A stretch of DNA of 64,000 nt, from the NCBI GenBank assembly GCA_049840735.1, contig JASGJN010000022.1, positions 288,001-352,000 on the forward strand. The letters run 5' to 3'. The notes under the pieces are model-generated. The model had not been told where the DNA came from. It worked only from the letters and a program-made list of their open reading frames with translations, and ran no database searches. The position numbers and the translations under genes are program-made. This document shows positions 9,129-18,845 of the stretch, piece by piece (position 1 is the first letter of the stretch; the number at the start of each line of letters is the position of its first letter). This DNA is from Anaeromyxobacter sp. GTDB taxonomy: Bacteria; Myxococcota; Myxococcia; Myxococcales; Anaeromyxobacteraceae.

Positions 9129-12100
9129 ATGACGTGGTCACGGCTCTCGCTCGGCGCCTGCGCGCTGGCGCTGGTCTTCCTCGCTGGCTGCAAGAAGGAC
9201 GGCGGCACCTCCGACCTGAAGTACCCGGTCCTCGCATCGCAGGCGCTCCGCCTCGACGCCATGGGCGTCGCCGTGACGCCCGCCGCCAGCCGGCCCTTCA
9301 TCTACACCAACAAGGTGGACGCCTACCTGTACGGCGAGGCGGCCGGCCCGCACTCCACCAGCTGGGAGGGGTTCAACGTCCGCGGCTTCCGCTTCGTGGA
9401 TGACTGGCACTGGAACGCGCTGGGCTCGACCAGCTTCGCCGGCGCCACCGTCTACCCCGACCACGCCGTCCGCGCCTACGAGGGCGGCCTGTCCGAGCGG
9501 ATCACCCTGCTCGACGGCCGCGCTGCGGTGGTGATCGAGCCGTCCGGGCTGGACGGCGCGCTGGTCTTCCGCCCGCTCATGGCGGACAGCACCACCGCCA
9601 GCAGCTACGTCATCCAGGCCGCCGGCGGCGCGCTGGCCGTCTCCCGCGCCAACCACCAGGCCCCGGCCAACGCCAACGACTACCCTGTCTGGATCGTCTT
9701 CAAGGCCGCCGGGGCCATCGCGGTGAGCGCGCCCGAGGTGGTCACGGCGGGCGGCATGAAGCCCCGCGTGATGGCGCCGGGCCGGCTCGAGCTGCCGGCC
9801 GCCACGCCGGTGGTGATGGCGGTCGGCAACACCGTGGACGAGGCCACCGCGCTGGCCGACGACGTGCTGGCGCACCGCGCCGAGCACCTGGCCGCCCGCA
9901 CGGCCCGCCTGCAGGCGCTGCTCGAATCGCACCTACGTCCGGACCGCCGACGCCGAGTTCGACCAGGGGCTGGCCTGGATCCGGCTCTCGATGGACGCGC
10001 TGGTGATGGACCAGCAGGGCAAGGGGATCTTCGCCGGCATCCCCTGGTTCAACAACTACTGGGGGCGCGACACCTTCATCACGCTGGGCGGCTCGCACCT
10101 GGCCACCGGTGAGTGGGAGGAGGCCAAGGAGATCCTCACCTCCTTCTCCGCCCACCAGGACACCGACGAGAGCCACACCGCCACCTACGGCCGCATCCCC
10201 AACTTCGTCAGCCTGACCGACGTGGCCTACAACACGGCCGACGGCACGCCCTGGTTCGTGATCCAGGCCTACCAGTACCTGCTCCGCTCCGGCGACACGG
10301 CCTACGTCTCCACCATCTGGCCGGTGGTGAAGCTCGCCACCGACGCCTCGCTGACGCGCTGCGACGCCGACGGCCTCCTCACGCACGGCGACCAGGAGAC
10401 CTGGATGGACGCCACCGGGCCCGACGGCCCGTACACGCCGCGCGGCGACCGCGCGGTGGAGATCGAGGGGCTCTGGTACCAGCAGCTGGTGGCCGCGGCC
10501 GGCGTGGCCACGCTGGCCCACGACGCCGCCAAGGCCACCGAGTACCTGGCCGCGGCGGAGGCGGTGGCCACCGCCGTCACCACGAAGTACGTGGACGCCG
10601 AGCACGGCGTGCTCTTCGACCACCTGAACGCGGACGGGTCGGCCGACCTGCAGCTGCGCCCGAACCAGTTCATCGCGCTGCGGGCGCTGCAGGGGGTGCT
10701 GGATCCGGCGCTGGTGCAGCAGGCCACCCGCACCGCCGCCGAGGGGCTGGCCTACGAGTACGGCGTGGCCTCGCTCACGCAGACCGACCAGGCCTTCCAC
10801 CCCTGGCACGTCTACCCGGGCTACTACCCGAAGGACGAGGCGTACCACAACGGCACCGTGTGGGGCTGGCTCTCCGGTCCCATGGTCTCGCTCATGACGG
10901 CGCAGGGCGCCGGCGACAAGGCCTTCGAGCAGCTGCAGTACATGGACCGGGTGGCGCTGGTGCGCAACGCGGTGGGGACGCTGCCGGAGCTGCTGGACGC
11001 GCTGCCGCGCGAGGTGCCGGGCACCGACCCGGTCGAGCTGGCCGCCGAGCCCAGGCCGAGCGGCACCGCCTCGCAGGCCTGGTCGCTGGGTGAGTACCTC
11101 CGCAACGTCCATGAGGACTTCGTGGGCGTGTCCTACGTCGCGGCCGACCACGTGGTGCTGACGCCGCGGCTGCCTACCGGCTGGGGCCACACCGTGGCGC
11201 GCTTCCGGGTGGGGAAGGGGTACGTCACGGCGACGATCACCCAGGCGGCCGACTCGGTCAGCGTCGCGCTGGTGGGGGAGGGGACGCTGGCGAAGAGCAC
11301 CATGGTCACCGTGAACGCGCTCGGCCAGACGGCCGAGGCCACGTTCACCACGGGTGCTGAGCAGCTGGTGGAGCTGAGCGCGCCGGCGACCCTGGGCGCC
11401 GGCGGCTGGACCGGCTTCGACTGGCAGCAGCCGGTGCTCGACCCCAACCTGCCGGCCATCTCCGGCCTGCCCTACGCCGTGCTCGACCGGAGCATCATCA
11501 AGGCGCCCATCGACCTGGACACCGCCACCACGCGGCTGACCGTGACCGACGCCCAGGGCGACGACATCGGCCCGGCGGGCGAGTCCTACAGCTACCCCAC
11601 CGCCATCCAGTTCGAGCCGCACATCCTCGATCTGGCCGACTTCACGCTGCGCGAGGACGCCGGGGCGTTCTACTTCGACGTCGGCATGGTGGCGCTCACC
11701 CAGCCCGGCTGGAACCCGCAGGACGGCTTCCAGCTGACCTACGTGGCGGTGGCGCTGGACACCGACGTGGTGACCGGCACGGGCCAGACCACGCTCGGTC
11801 ACAACGCGCTCTACACGCTCAGCTACCAGCGCGGGGCCGAGTACGTGATCTACGTCGGCGCCGGCTTCGAGGTGCAGGACGCCACCGGCGAGGTCATCGC
11901 GCAGTACACGCCGTTCGAGACCGACGTCATCGACCCGCTGGGCTCGACCGACACCGACCACATCACCTTCCGCATCCCGAAGAGCGTCATCCCGGCGCTG
12001 CCGGTCGGGACGCGCGCGACGCTGCTGGTCGGGTCGCAGGACGACCACGGCAACGGCAGCATGGGGGACTTCCGCGACGTGAACGTGGGCGCGGCAGGCC

Positions 12101-12174
12101 AGTGGTCCGGCGGCGGCAAGAGCGCCGCCACCCGGCCGAACGTGTACGACACGGCCTCCGCGCTGCTGGAGTAA
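9129..12174 (+). CDS. Amylo-alpha-1,6-glucosidase (glycogen-debranching type) lipoprotein with C-terminal glucodextranase/DOMON-like domain; apparent frameshift at 9924-9928
   Basis: Lipobox LAGC; AGIPWFNNYWGRDTFI, NTADGTPWF, TWMDA, PRGDRAVEI, LRPNQ, YHNGTVW, SQAWS; C-terminal DAQGDDIGP...YSYPT...GFQLTYV. GAATC to GATC joins the two ORFs. Confidence 0.85.
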
Positions 12175-12269
12175 CGGCTCGTGGCGCCCCGCTCGCCCTT
12201 CGAGGCGAGCGGGGCCGCTCCACCGCAGGTTCGCAGGAGTTCGCCCGGGAGGGAGAGCCGTTCACGCCC

Positions 12270-12327
12270 CCGTTCGTCCTTCGACTCCGCGGCCCGGTTC
12301 CCGGGCCGCTACGCTCAGGACGAACGG
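12270..12327 (+). repeat. Structured palindromic (REP-like) repeat, copy 3
   Basis: CCGTTCGTCCTTCGACTCCGCGGCCCGGTTCCCGGGCCGCTACGCTCAGGACGAACGG; between convergent genes. Confidence 0.85.
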
Positions 12328-12355
12328 ACTCCCTGCATCCGGGGCGAGCGGGGCC

Positions 12356-13402
12356 TCACCCCGCCACCACCGGCACCCCGGCCCCCGGAGGCGCCAGCTC
12401 CACCAGCAGGCGCGCCGCGGTCTCCAGCAGCGGGAGCGCCAGCGCGGCGCCCGTCCCTTCGCCCATCCGGAGATCGAGCTCCAGCAGCGGGCGCAGCCCC
12501 AGCGCCTCCAGCACCAGCCCGTGCCCGGCCTCGGCCGACCGGTGGGAGGCGACGAGGACGCGCCCCGCGCGCGGCGCCAGCCGCGAGGCCAGCAGCCCGG
12601 CCACGCTGGAGCCGAAGCCGTCCAGCACCACCGGGATCCGCCGTGCGGCGGCCCCCAGCACCAGCCCCGCCAGCCCGGCCAGCTCGAACCCGCCCAGCGC
12701 GGCCACCGCACCCAGCGGGTCGTCGCGACGGAGCGCGTGCGCCGCCAGCGCGTGCCGGACCAGCTCCAGCTTGCGCCGGTGGGCGGCCGCGTCGGCCCCG
12801 GCGTCGCGCCCGGTGACCTCGGCGGGCGCCGCGCCGGTCAGCGCCGCCGCCAGCGCTGCGGCGGCGGTGGATGAGCCCGCCCCCAGCTCGCCCAGCGCCA
12901 GCGCCTCCACGCCCTCCTCCTGCAGCTCGGCCGCCAGCGCGATGCCGGCCGCGAGCGCGCACTCCGCCTCCTCGCGCGTCATGGCGGGCCCGCGGGTGAA
13001 GTCGCGGGTGCCTGGCCCAACCCGCCGCTGGCGCACGCCGGGGAGCCGCAGCGGCGGCCCCACCACGCCCATGTCCACCACCACCAGCGCCGCCCCGGCC
13101 TGCTCCGCCAGCACGTTGATGGCCGCGCCGCCGCGCACCAGCTCGGCCAGCCGCTGCCGCGTCGCGGGCAGGGCAGCGGCGCCCTCCGCGGCCACGCCGT
13201 GATCGCCGGCCATCAGCACCACCGCCCGCGCCGCCGCGCGCGGATCCGGCCGCCCCTGGATGGCGGCCAGCGTGCAAGCCAGCGGCTCCAGGCGGCCCAG
13301 GCTCCCCGGGCTGGTGCGGGCCTCCAGGTGGCGCAGCGCCGCGGTGGCCGCCGCCAGGTCGAGGTCGGGGAGGCTGGCGAGGGTCTGCTGGAGCAGGGTC
13401 AT
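12356..13402 (-). CDS. cobT: CobT-like phosphoribosyltransferase paralogue with divergent active-site motifs
   Basis: [45 protein letters not shown]-terminus MTLLQQTLASLP closely matches the operon cobT. Confidence 0.85.
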   Translation of the reverse strand: MTLLQQTLASLPDLDLAAATAALRHLEARTSPGSLGRLEPLACTLAAIQGRPDPRAAARAVVLMAGDHGVAAEGAAALPATRQRLAELVRGGAAINVLAEQAGAALVVVDMGVVGPPLRLPGVRQRRVGPGTRDFTRGPAMTREEAECALAAGIALAAELQEEGVEALALGELGAGSSTAAAALAAALTGAAPAEVTGRDAGADAAAHRRKLELVRHALAAHALRRDDPLGAVAALGGFELAGLAGLVLGAAARRIPVVLDGFGSSVAGLLASRLAPRAGRVLVASHRSAEAGHGLVLEALGLRPLLELDLRMGEGTGAALALPLLETAARLLVELAPPGAGVPVVAG

Positions 13403-13642
13403 GGGCTCGTTCCTGGGCAGGAGGCAGCCGGGGCTGTGACGCAGGGTGAATGGCATCGGGTCGGGACTCCGGGGGCGGGGCGTGGCGCGCGTGTGTTCAG
13501 GCGCCGCCAGCCGCGCGCGAGTGAGGGCGCAGGCCGGCTGGCGCCGGAGCGCGCGGGCAGGATGAGGGGAGGGTGCTGTGATCCCGGCGAGCGAAATCCG
13601 CGCTCGCGGGACGGCCACGGAGTGGCATGGCGTCCTTGCCAG

Positions 13643-13812
13643 CCCGGGTAGGTCTCCTGGCTCGTGGGTTCGGGGGACTTTCCCCCTTGGCCGCCTCCGC
13701 CTTCCCCGGCGCTCTCGCCGAGTGGCTCTCGAAGGCGGCTCCCCACTCACAGTGGCGGGACCGCGCCGGACTCGCACCGGCTTCCCTGTTACGCCCTTCA
13801 CGGGCACCCGGG
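13643..13812 (-). promoter_or_regulatory. Cobalamin riboswitch, copy A
   Basis: AACAGGGAAGCCGGTG...CCCGCCACTGT...AGCCACT...GGGAAGG...GAGCCAGGAGACCT (B12 box); upstream of the cobT paralogue. Confidence 0.95.
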
Positions 13813-13827
13813 GTGTATGTGGGCGCG

Positions 13828-13857
13828 GTGGTAGCCGCTGCGCGGCCGTGGTGTCAA
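13828..13857 (-). promoter_or_regulatory. Sigma-70 promoter candidate for riboswitch A
   Basis: TTGACA-N18-TACCAC; same layout as 31064-31093. Confidence 0.6.
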
Positions 13858-13913
13858 GCGAGCGCGCGCAAGTGGGCGGGAACGGGGCGGTCCCGCTCAC
13901 GCACGCGGCGCCC

Positions 13914-14549
13914 CTACGCCACCCGCCTCGCCCCCTTGCGCAGCTTCTCCATCCCGCGGCCGCAGGCGTTGTTCACCTGGCGCGGCTGCAGGCGCAAGAG
14001 CTTCGCCACCTCGGCGTGCGGGCGCTCCTCGAGCTTCACCAGCGTGATGGCCTGCCGCTCCAGCGGGGTGAGGCGGGCCACGCGCGCGGTCACCTCGGCG
14101 CTGGCGGCGGCGTCGGCGCCGCGCGCGGCGAGCACCTCGGCCGGCTGCGGCGGCGCGGGGAAGGCGCCGGGGTCCTCGGCCAGGCGGTCCAGCGCGCCGT
14201 GGGCGGTGGATTGGTTGCGGATGAGGTTGTAGGCCCGGCCGTGCGCGATGTGGCCGACGTAGGCGCCCAGGGTCCCGCGCGCGGGGTCGAAGTCCTGCAC
14301 GCCGCGGCGCCAGAACACCAGCAGCGTCTCCGACACCACCTCCTCGCGATCGGCCTCGGAGGTCAGCAGGCGCCCGGCCACGGCGGTGGCGATGCGGCGG
14401 GCGCGCACCATCAGCTCGCGGGCAGAGGCGTCGTGCCGGCCGCTGCCGGCCGCGGCGGCGCGGCGGGCCTCGGCGACCAGCTTCGCGTCGAGGGCGTCGC
14501 GGAAGACGGCGCCGGAGAGGGCGCTCGGGCTGGAGGGAATGGTGCGCAC
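13914..14549 (-). CDS. ECF-type RNA polymerase sigma factor
   Basis: Region 2 (ADREEVVSETLLVFWR..FDPARGTLGAYV..IAHGRAYNLIR) and region 4 (LTPLERQAITL..LEERPHAEVAKLL). Confidence 0.85.
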   Translation of the reverse strand: MRTIPSSPSALSGAVFRDALDAKLVAEARRAAAAGSGRHDASARELMVRARRIATAVAGRLLTSEADREEVVSETLLVFWRRGVQDFDPARGTLGAYVGHIAHGRAYNLIRNQSTAHGALDRLAEDPGAFPAPPQPAEVLAARGADAAASAEVTARVARLTPLERQAITLVKLEERPHAEVAKLLRLQPRQVNNACGRGMEKLRKGARRVA

Positions 14550-14749
14550 AGGTGACTTCCTTCCGAGGTGCCGGGGACTTCACCCCCTGCACCGCCACGG
14601 CGGGCCGGAGCGGCCGCGCAGCGGGGCGCAGGCGCAGCCGATTCGTGGTACAAGCCGCGGGAACCACTGGCGAAAAGAAAACGCAGCGGGACGCGGGACG
14701 TCCTTCACGCGGAGTGCGGAACGGGCGAGCGGATGGCGAGGAGCGAGGC

Positions 14750-15697
14750 ATGAGCGCGGGCCCCCGCGACCAATCCCCGGCGCCGCCGAGGGCGGTGCAG
14801 CTCCACGCGCTGGTGGGCCAGATCTACGACGAGCTGCGCGCCTTCTCGCGCGACCGCAGCGGCTGGGCGCCGGCCACGCTGGCCAACACCGCCGGCGCCA
14901 ACAGCGCCATCGCCAGCGTGCTGGCCCACGCGGCCCGCCGCAAGGGCGCGCCGCCGCGCTGGAAGAGCCAGGAGCACCTGCTGGCCTACTGCCTGCTCAC
15001 GCTCAAGTACCTGTGGGCCACCGAGTGGCGCCGCCGGGCGCGCCGGCGCGACCTGGTGGCGCGCGCGGTCCACCGGCTGGAGCGGCTGGGCGAGGACGCG
15101 GTGGCGGGCCACCCGGCCGACGAGGCGCAGGCGCTGGAGCAGCTCATCCAGCAGGTGCGCGACGAGCCGGCCATCGCCAGCCGGCACCGCATCGCCCGGG
15201 TGGCCGAGTACCGCCTGATCCTGGGCGCCACCATCCGCGACACCGCCCGCGTGCTGCGCGTCGGCGAGACGCAGGTGAAGGAGGACCTGGCCTTCTTCCG
15301 CGCCTGGGTCCGCATCGGCGCGGGCGAGGACCTGGTCTGGTACGAGCGCGCCCTGCAGGCGCTGGAGGCCGACCCCGCGGTGTCGGAGGGTGCGCTCATC
15401 GCCGAGGTGGCGCGCCGCGAGGCGCGCGGCGAGGGGCCGGCCCTGATCGCGGCCGCGCTGCGGCTGGGCGTCCTGGACGTGCAGGCCTACGCGGTCTTCG
15501 CGCGCGCCTGGGTGGCGCAGCGGGCCCGCCTGCCCGAGCCGGAGCCGGAGGAGGCCCCGGAGGCGCCGCCGGCCGCCGAGGAGGAGCTGGACGCGCGCGA
15601 GGCGCTGGACGCGCTGGACGCCGCCGACCCCGAGTCCCTGATCGCCGCCGCGCGGCGGCTGCGCCGGCGGTCGCCGGGCAGACGGGAGGAGCCGTGA
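14750..15697 (+). CDS. ECF-type sigma factor of the kinase-associated type, with C-terminal extension
   Basis: LVGQIYDELRAF..ATLANTA, RWKSQEHLLAY, ARVAEYRLILGATIRDTARVLRVGETQVKEDLAFFRAWV; translationally coupled to a kinase. Confidence 0.7.
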   Translation: MSAGPRDQSPAPPRAVQLHALVGQIYDELRAFSRDRSGWAPATLANTAGANSAIASVLAHAARRKGAPPRWKSQEHLLAYCLLTLKYLWATEWRRRARRRDLVARAVHRLERLGEDAVAGHPADEAQALEQLIQQVRDEPAIASRHRIARVAEYRLILGATIRDTARVLRVGETQVKEDLAFFRAWVRIGAGEDLVWYERALQALEADPAVSEGALIAEVARREARGEGPALIAAALRLGVLDVQAYAVFARAWVAQRARLPEPEPEEAPEAPPAAEEELDAREALDALDAADPESLIAAARRLRRRSPGRREEP

Positions 15698-17445
15698 CCC
15701 GGAAGTTCATCGACGTGCTCTGGCGCGAGGTGCGCCAGTTCCCGGCGGAGGCGCGCCGCGCCGAGCTGGAGCAGCGCACGCAGGATCCCGAGGAGATCGC
15801 GCAGGTGCTGGCCCTGCTGGCCAGCGAGGAGGAGGAGGCCGCGGCGCCGCAGCACCAGCTGGGCCCGTTCCTGCTCATCAACAAGCTGGGCGAGGGGCGC
15901 CACGGCGTGGTCTACCAGGCCGTCCGCGCCGGCGAGCCGGGCGAGGTGGCGGTGAAGGTGCTCCGCTCCCGCAGCCCCTCGGCGCTGGACGCCGTGCTCC
16001 GCGAGGCGGGGCGCGCCAAGCAGATCCGCTCCGACGCGGTGGTCACGGTCTACGGCGCCGGCCGCATGCCGGACGGGACCACCTTCATCGAGATGGGGCT
16101 CTGCTCCGAGCCGGATCCGGACCGCCCGGGCGCGCACCGGATCGGCACCACGCTGCTGGCGGCGCGCGAGCGGATCACGCCGGAGCGGGCAGTGGAGCTG
16201 GTGGAGAAGCTGGCCCTGGGCGTCCACGAGGCGCACCACTTCGACATCGTCCACGGCGACATCAAGCCGGCCAACGTGCTGGTCACGCCCAGCCTGGGCC
16301 GCGTGATGCTGGCCGACTTCGGCGTGGCCTCCAGCCTGGCCGGCGCCACCGTGGCGCGCGACCTGACCGGCCGTCCGCCGCGGCTGGGCACGCTGGCCTA
16401 CATGGCGCCGGAGCAGTTCGTGGGGCGCGAGCCGCCCACCAAGGCGTCCGACGTCCACTGCCTGGGCGCCACGCTCTTCGAGCTGCTGGCGGGGGCGCCG
16501 CCCTACGCCGGCCGCCGGCTCGACCAGGAGGGCGACGTCCCGCGGGCCGCGCTGCCGCGCACCATCGACCGGCGCCTGCGCGAGATCGTGGCGCGCGCGC
16601 TCGACCTCGACCCGGCCCGGCGCCCGCCCTCGGCGCTGGCGCTGGCGGAGGAGCTGCGCGCCTACCGGACGCTGCGCCCCACCGCGGCGGAGCAGCGGAT
16701 GCCGCTGCGCCGGCTGGTGCTGGGGTACCGGCGCAACCGCGTCACCGTGAACCTGCTGCTGGGCGCGGCGGTGGCGGCGCTGCTGGTGGGCAGCGGCCCC
16801 TGGCTGGCGCTGGTGGCCGAGCGCGAGGCGCTGCGGGTGGAGATCCGCGCCGAGCAGAACCAGCTGGAGAAGCTGCAGCTCTCCAACGCCGGCCTGGAGG
16901 CCTCCAAGTCGGTGCTGGAGGAGCAGGTCCGGGCGCAGCAGGCGGTGGCCACGCAGCGCGACGGGCTGAAGGGGCAGCTCGAGGCGGTGGAGCGGCGCAG
17001 GACGGAGCTGCAGGGACAGCTCAAGCAGCGCGAGAACGAGCTGGAGGCGGCGAAGCAGGCCGCCGCGCGGGCCGAGGGGGCGCTCACCGAGGCGCGCGCC
17101 GTCCACGAGTCGGACCGGGTCCGGCTGCGGGCCGCGGCGGTCGACGAGCGCGCCCGGACCGAAGAGGCGGTGGGGAAGCTGCGCAGCGCCGAGGCGCTGC
17201 TCAAGCAGGAGCGCGAGTCGGGCGACGCCCGCGAGCGCGAGGAGCGCCGGCGGGCCGACGACGCGCTGGGCAGGCAGCGGATCGCCGAGGCCCAGCTGGC
17301 CGACCGCGAGCGGCGCGTGAAGGAGCTGGAGGCGCTGCTGGCGGAGCTGAAGGACAGGCCGGCGAAGGGCGTGGGCCGCGCGGTCCCCGAGCCGGCCCGG
17401 CCGCCGCCCGAACCGGCCGGCGCCGGCGGCGGTGCAGCGCGCTAA
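15694..17445 (+). CDS. Hanks-type Ser/Thr protein kinase with TM segment and long C-terminal coiled coil
   Basis: LGEGRHGVVY, VAVK, HGDIKPAN, DFG, GTLAYMAPEQ, SDVHCLG; hydrophobic LLLGAAVAALLVG; heptad-rich tail. Confidence 0.92.
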   Translation: MTRKFIDVLWREVRQFPAEARRAELEQRTQDPEEIAQVLALLASEEEEAAAPQHQLGPFLLINKLGEGRHGVVYQAVRAGEPGEVAVKVLRSRSPSALDAVLREAGRAKQIRSDAVVTVYGAGRMPDGTTFIEMGLCSEPDPDRPGAHRIGTTLLAARERITPERAVELVEKLALGVHEAHHFDIVHGDIKPANVLVTPSLGRVMLADFGVASSLAGATVARDLTGRPPRLGTLAYMAPEQFVGREPPTKASDVHCLGATLFELLAGAPPYAGRRLDQEGDVPRAALPRTIDRRLREIVARALDLDPARRPPSALALAEELRAYRTLRPTAAEQRMPLRRLVLGYRRNRVTVNLLLGAAVAALLVGSGPWLALVAEREALRVEIRAEQNQLEKLQLSNAGLEASKSVLEEQVRAQQAVATQRDGLKGQLEAVERRRTELQGQLKQRENELEAAKQAAARAEGALTEARAVHESDRVRLRAAAVDERARTEEAVGKLRSAEALLKQERESGDAREREERRRADDALGRQRIAEAQLADRERRVKELEALLAELKDRPAKGVGRAVPEPARPPPEPAGAGGGAAR

Positions 17446-17561
17446 GTGGCTGGCGTTGCAGCCTTTCCTAGGGCCTGAGGCCTGGGGCCCGAGGCCTTCA
17501 CGAGAGATCGCCCGCGCAGCCGGGAAGAGAGGAGGCACCCCCTCCTCCCCGGAGCGTCCGC

Positions 17562-18173
17562 GTGTCGAGCCTGACCCCCAGCAACCGCGTCGAGTGCCTG
17601 GAGCCCAGCTGCGGCGCCGTGGGCCGGCCGCTGGCCCGCCACGGCGCGGGCGGCTACCTGGCCGCGGTGGTGACCGGGAGCGGCAGCCTGGTGGCCGGCG
17701 CCGGCGCGCTGGGCGCCGCCAGCGGCGACGCGCAGTCGGCCCTGCTGCTGGTGGCCTGCGCGGCCGGCGCCGCGGCGGTGCGTGCGCTGGCGGCCCCCGC
17801 CGTCGCCTGCGCGGTGTGCGGGTCGGAGCGCCTCCGCGCGCTGGAGCCCTGGTCGCCGCGGGCCAGCAGCGCCGAGCCGGCGCCGGGCCGCGCGCGCTGG
17901 CGCTGCGGCTCGCACGGCGAGGTGACCCGCCGCGCCGGCCGGCTGCCGCGGCTGCGCCTGGCGTTGCCGGTGATCCTCGCCGCCATGGCCCTGGCCAGCA
18001 CCGCCGCGCCCGGCTTCGCCGTCGTGGCCGGGGCTGCGCTGCTGGCGCTGGCCGAGGACGCGGCGCGCGACCGTCGCTTCAGCTGCGGCTGCGCCCACGC
18101 CGCGCCGGCCTGGGTGGCCGCGCCGACCGACGAGGCGCCCGCGCACGCGCACGCGCACGGCGCGCGGGCGTGA
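17562..18173 (+). CDS. Hypothetical membrane protein with Cys/His pairs flanking hydrophobic hairpins
   Basis: CLEPSC..TM..CAVC and CGSH..TM..CGC; GGAG upstream of the GTG start. Confidence 0.55.
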   Translation: MSSLTPSNRVECLEPSCGAVGRPLARHGAGGYLAAVVTGSGSLVAGAGALGAASGDAQSALLLVACAAGAAAVRALAAPAVACAVCGSERLRALEPWSPRASSAEPAPGRARWRCGSHGEVTRRAGRLPRLRLALPVILAAMALASTAAPGFAVVAGAALLALAEDAARDRRFSCGCAHAAPAWVAAPTDEAPAHAHAHGARA

Positions 18174-18287
18174 GCGGATCCCCCGCCCTGCCGGCGTGCG
18201 CAGCGCGCCCGCTCGGCGGCCCGGAACGCGAAAGGGGCCACGCAGCGCGCGTGGCCCCCTCGATGAGCAGCGGCGCGTGCGGAGCCG

Positions 18288-18566
18288 CTACGCGGCGCGG
18301 TCCAGCCGCTCGGGCGCCTGCGAGGTGCGCAGCGCGTGCTGCTGACCGTCCGGCGTGGTGAAGGTGTAGCCGACGACCTGGTCGCCGCGGGTCTTGCCCA
18401 TCAGGGCGAAGACGCGCTCCATCTCGCGGGCGAGCGGTCCGGGCACGCCCAGCTCGGCGAGGGTCTTCGCCTCCGTGGTGGTCGCCTGGGCAGCGTGGTT
18501 CAGCGCGCGGGACGTCATGACGATCTTGGTCTCCGTTCCGTCAGCCGCCCGCTTCATGCGAGCCAT
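18288..18566 (-). CDS. Small hypothetical protein (92 aa)
   Basis: Typical codon bias; downstream hairpin near 18234-18258; AT-rich upstream region. Confidence 0.6.
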   Translation of the reverse strand: MARMKRAADGTETKIVMTSRALNHAAQATTTEAKTLAELGVPGPLAREMERVFALMGKTRGDQVVGYTFTTPDGQQHALRTSQAPERLDRAA

Positions 18567-18788
18567 GCTGACGGGAGGGAGAATGCGCCTCCGCCGTCCA
18601 TCTATCCAATCGATTGATTTCGAACGTATGATAACGCACGGTTATCGGCGCCCGGATGCCGCAAGCGCCTGATCACAGGCCGATCGCTGGCGCAGCCGCG
18701 CAGGGCGCTGCGGCCAGCGGGCGCGCACCGGAGCCGCCAGGCGCCTGACGGGCCGCCCCACGCCCGGGGGACCAGCCCAGGAACGCGA

Positions 18789-18819
18789 AGAGCCGCCACC
18801 CGGCGCGGGCGGCGGCTCT
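18789..18819 (-). terminator. Hairpin, probable terminator
   Basis: AGAGCCGCC...GGCGGCTCT just downstream of the 18846 stop. Confidence 0.5.
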
Positions 18820-18845
18820 CCTGGACGGCAGCGCTGGTCGGCGAG

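Noticed and set aside
13399..14232. Similar short ORFs here and at 30678-31560 that look like a duplicated protein family
   Set aside because: They are translations of the two riboswitch copies, not genes.
17470..17497. Short GGCCTGA/GGCCTGG/GGCCCGA iteration after the kinase gene
   Set aside because: Too short and GC-rich to distinguish from chance.
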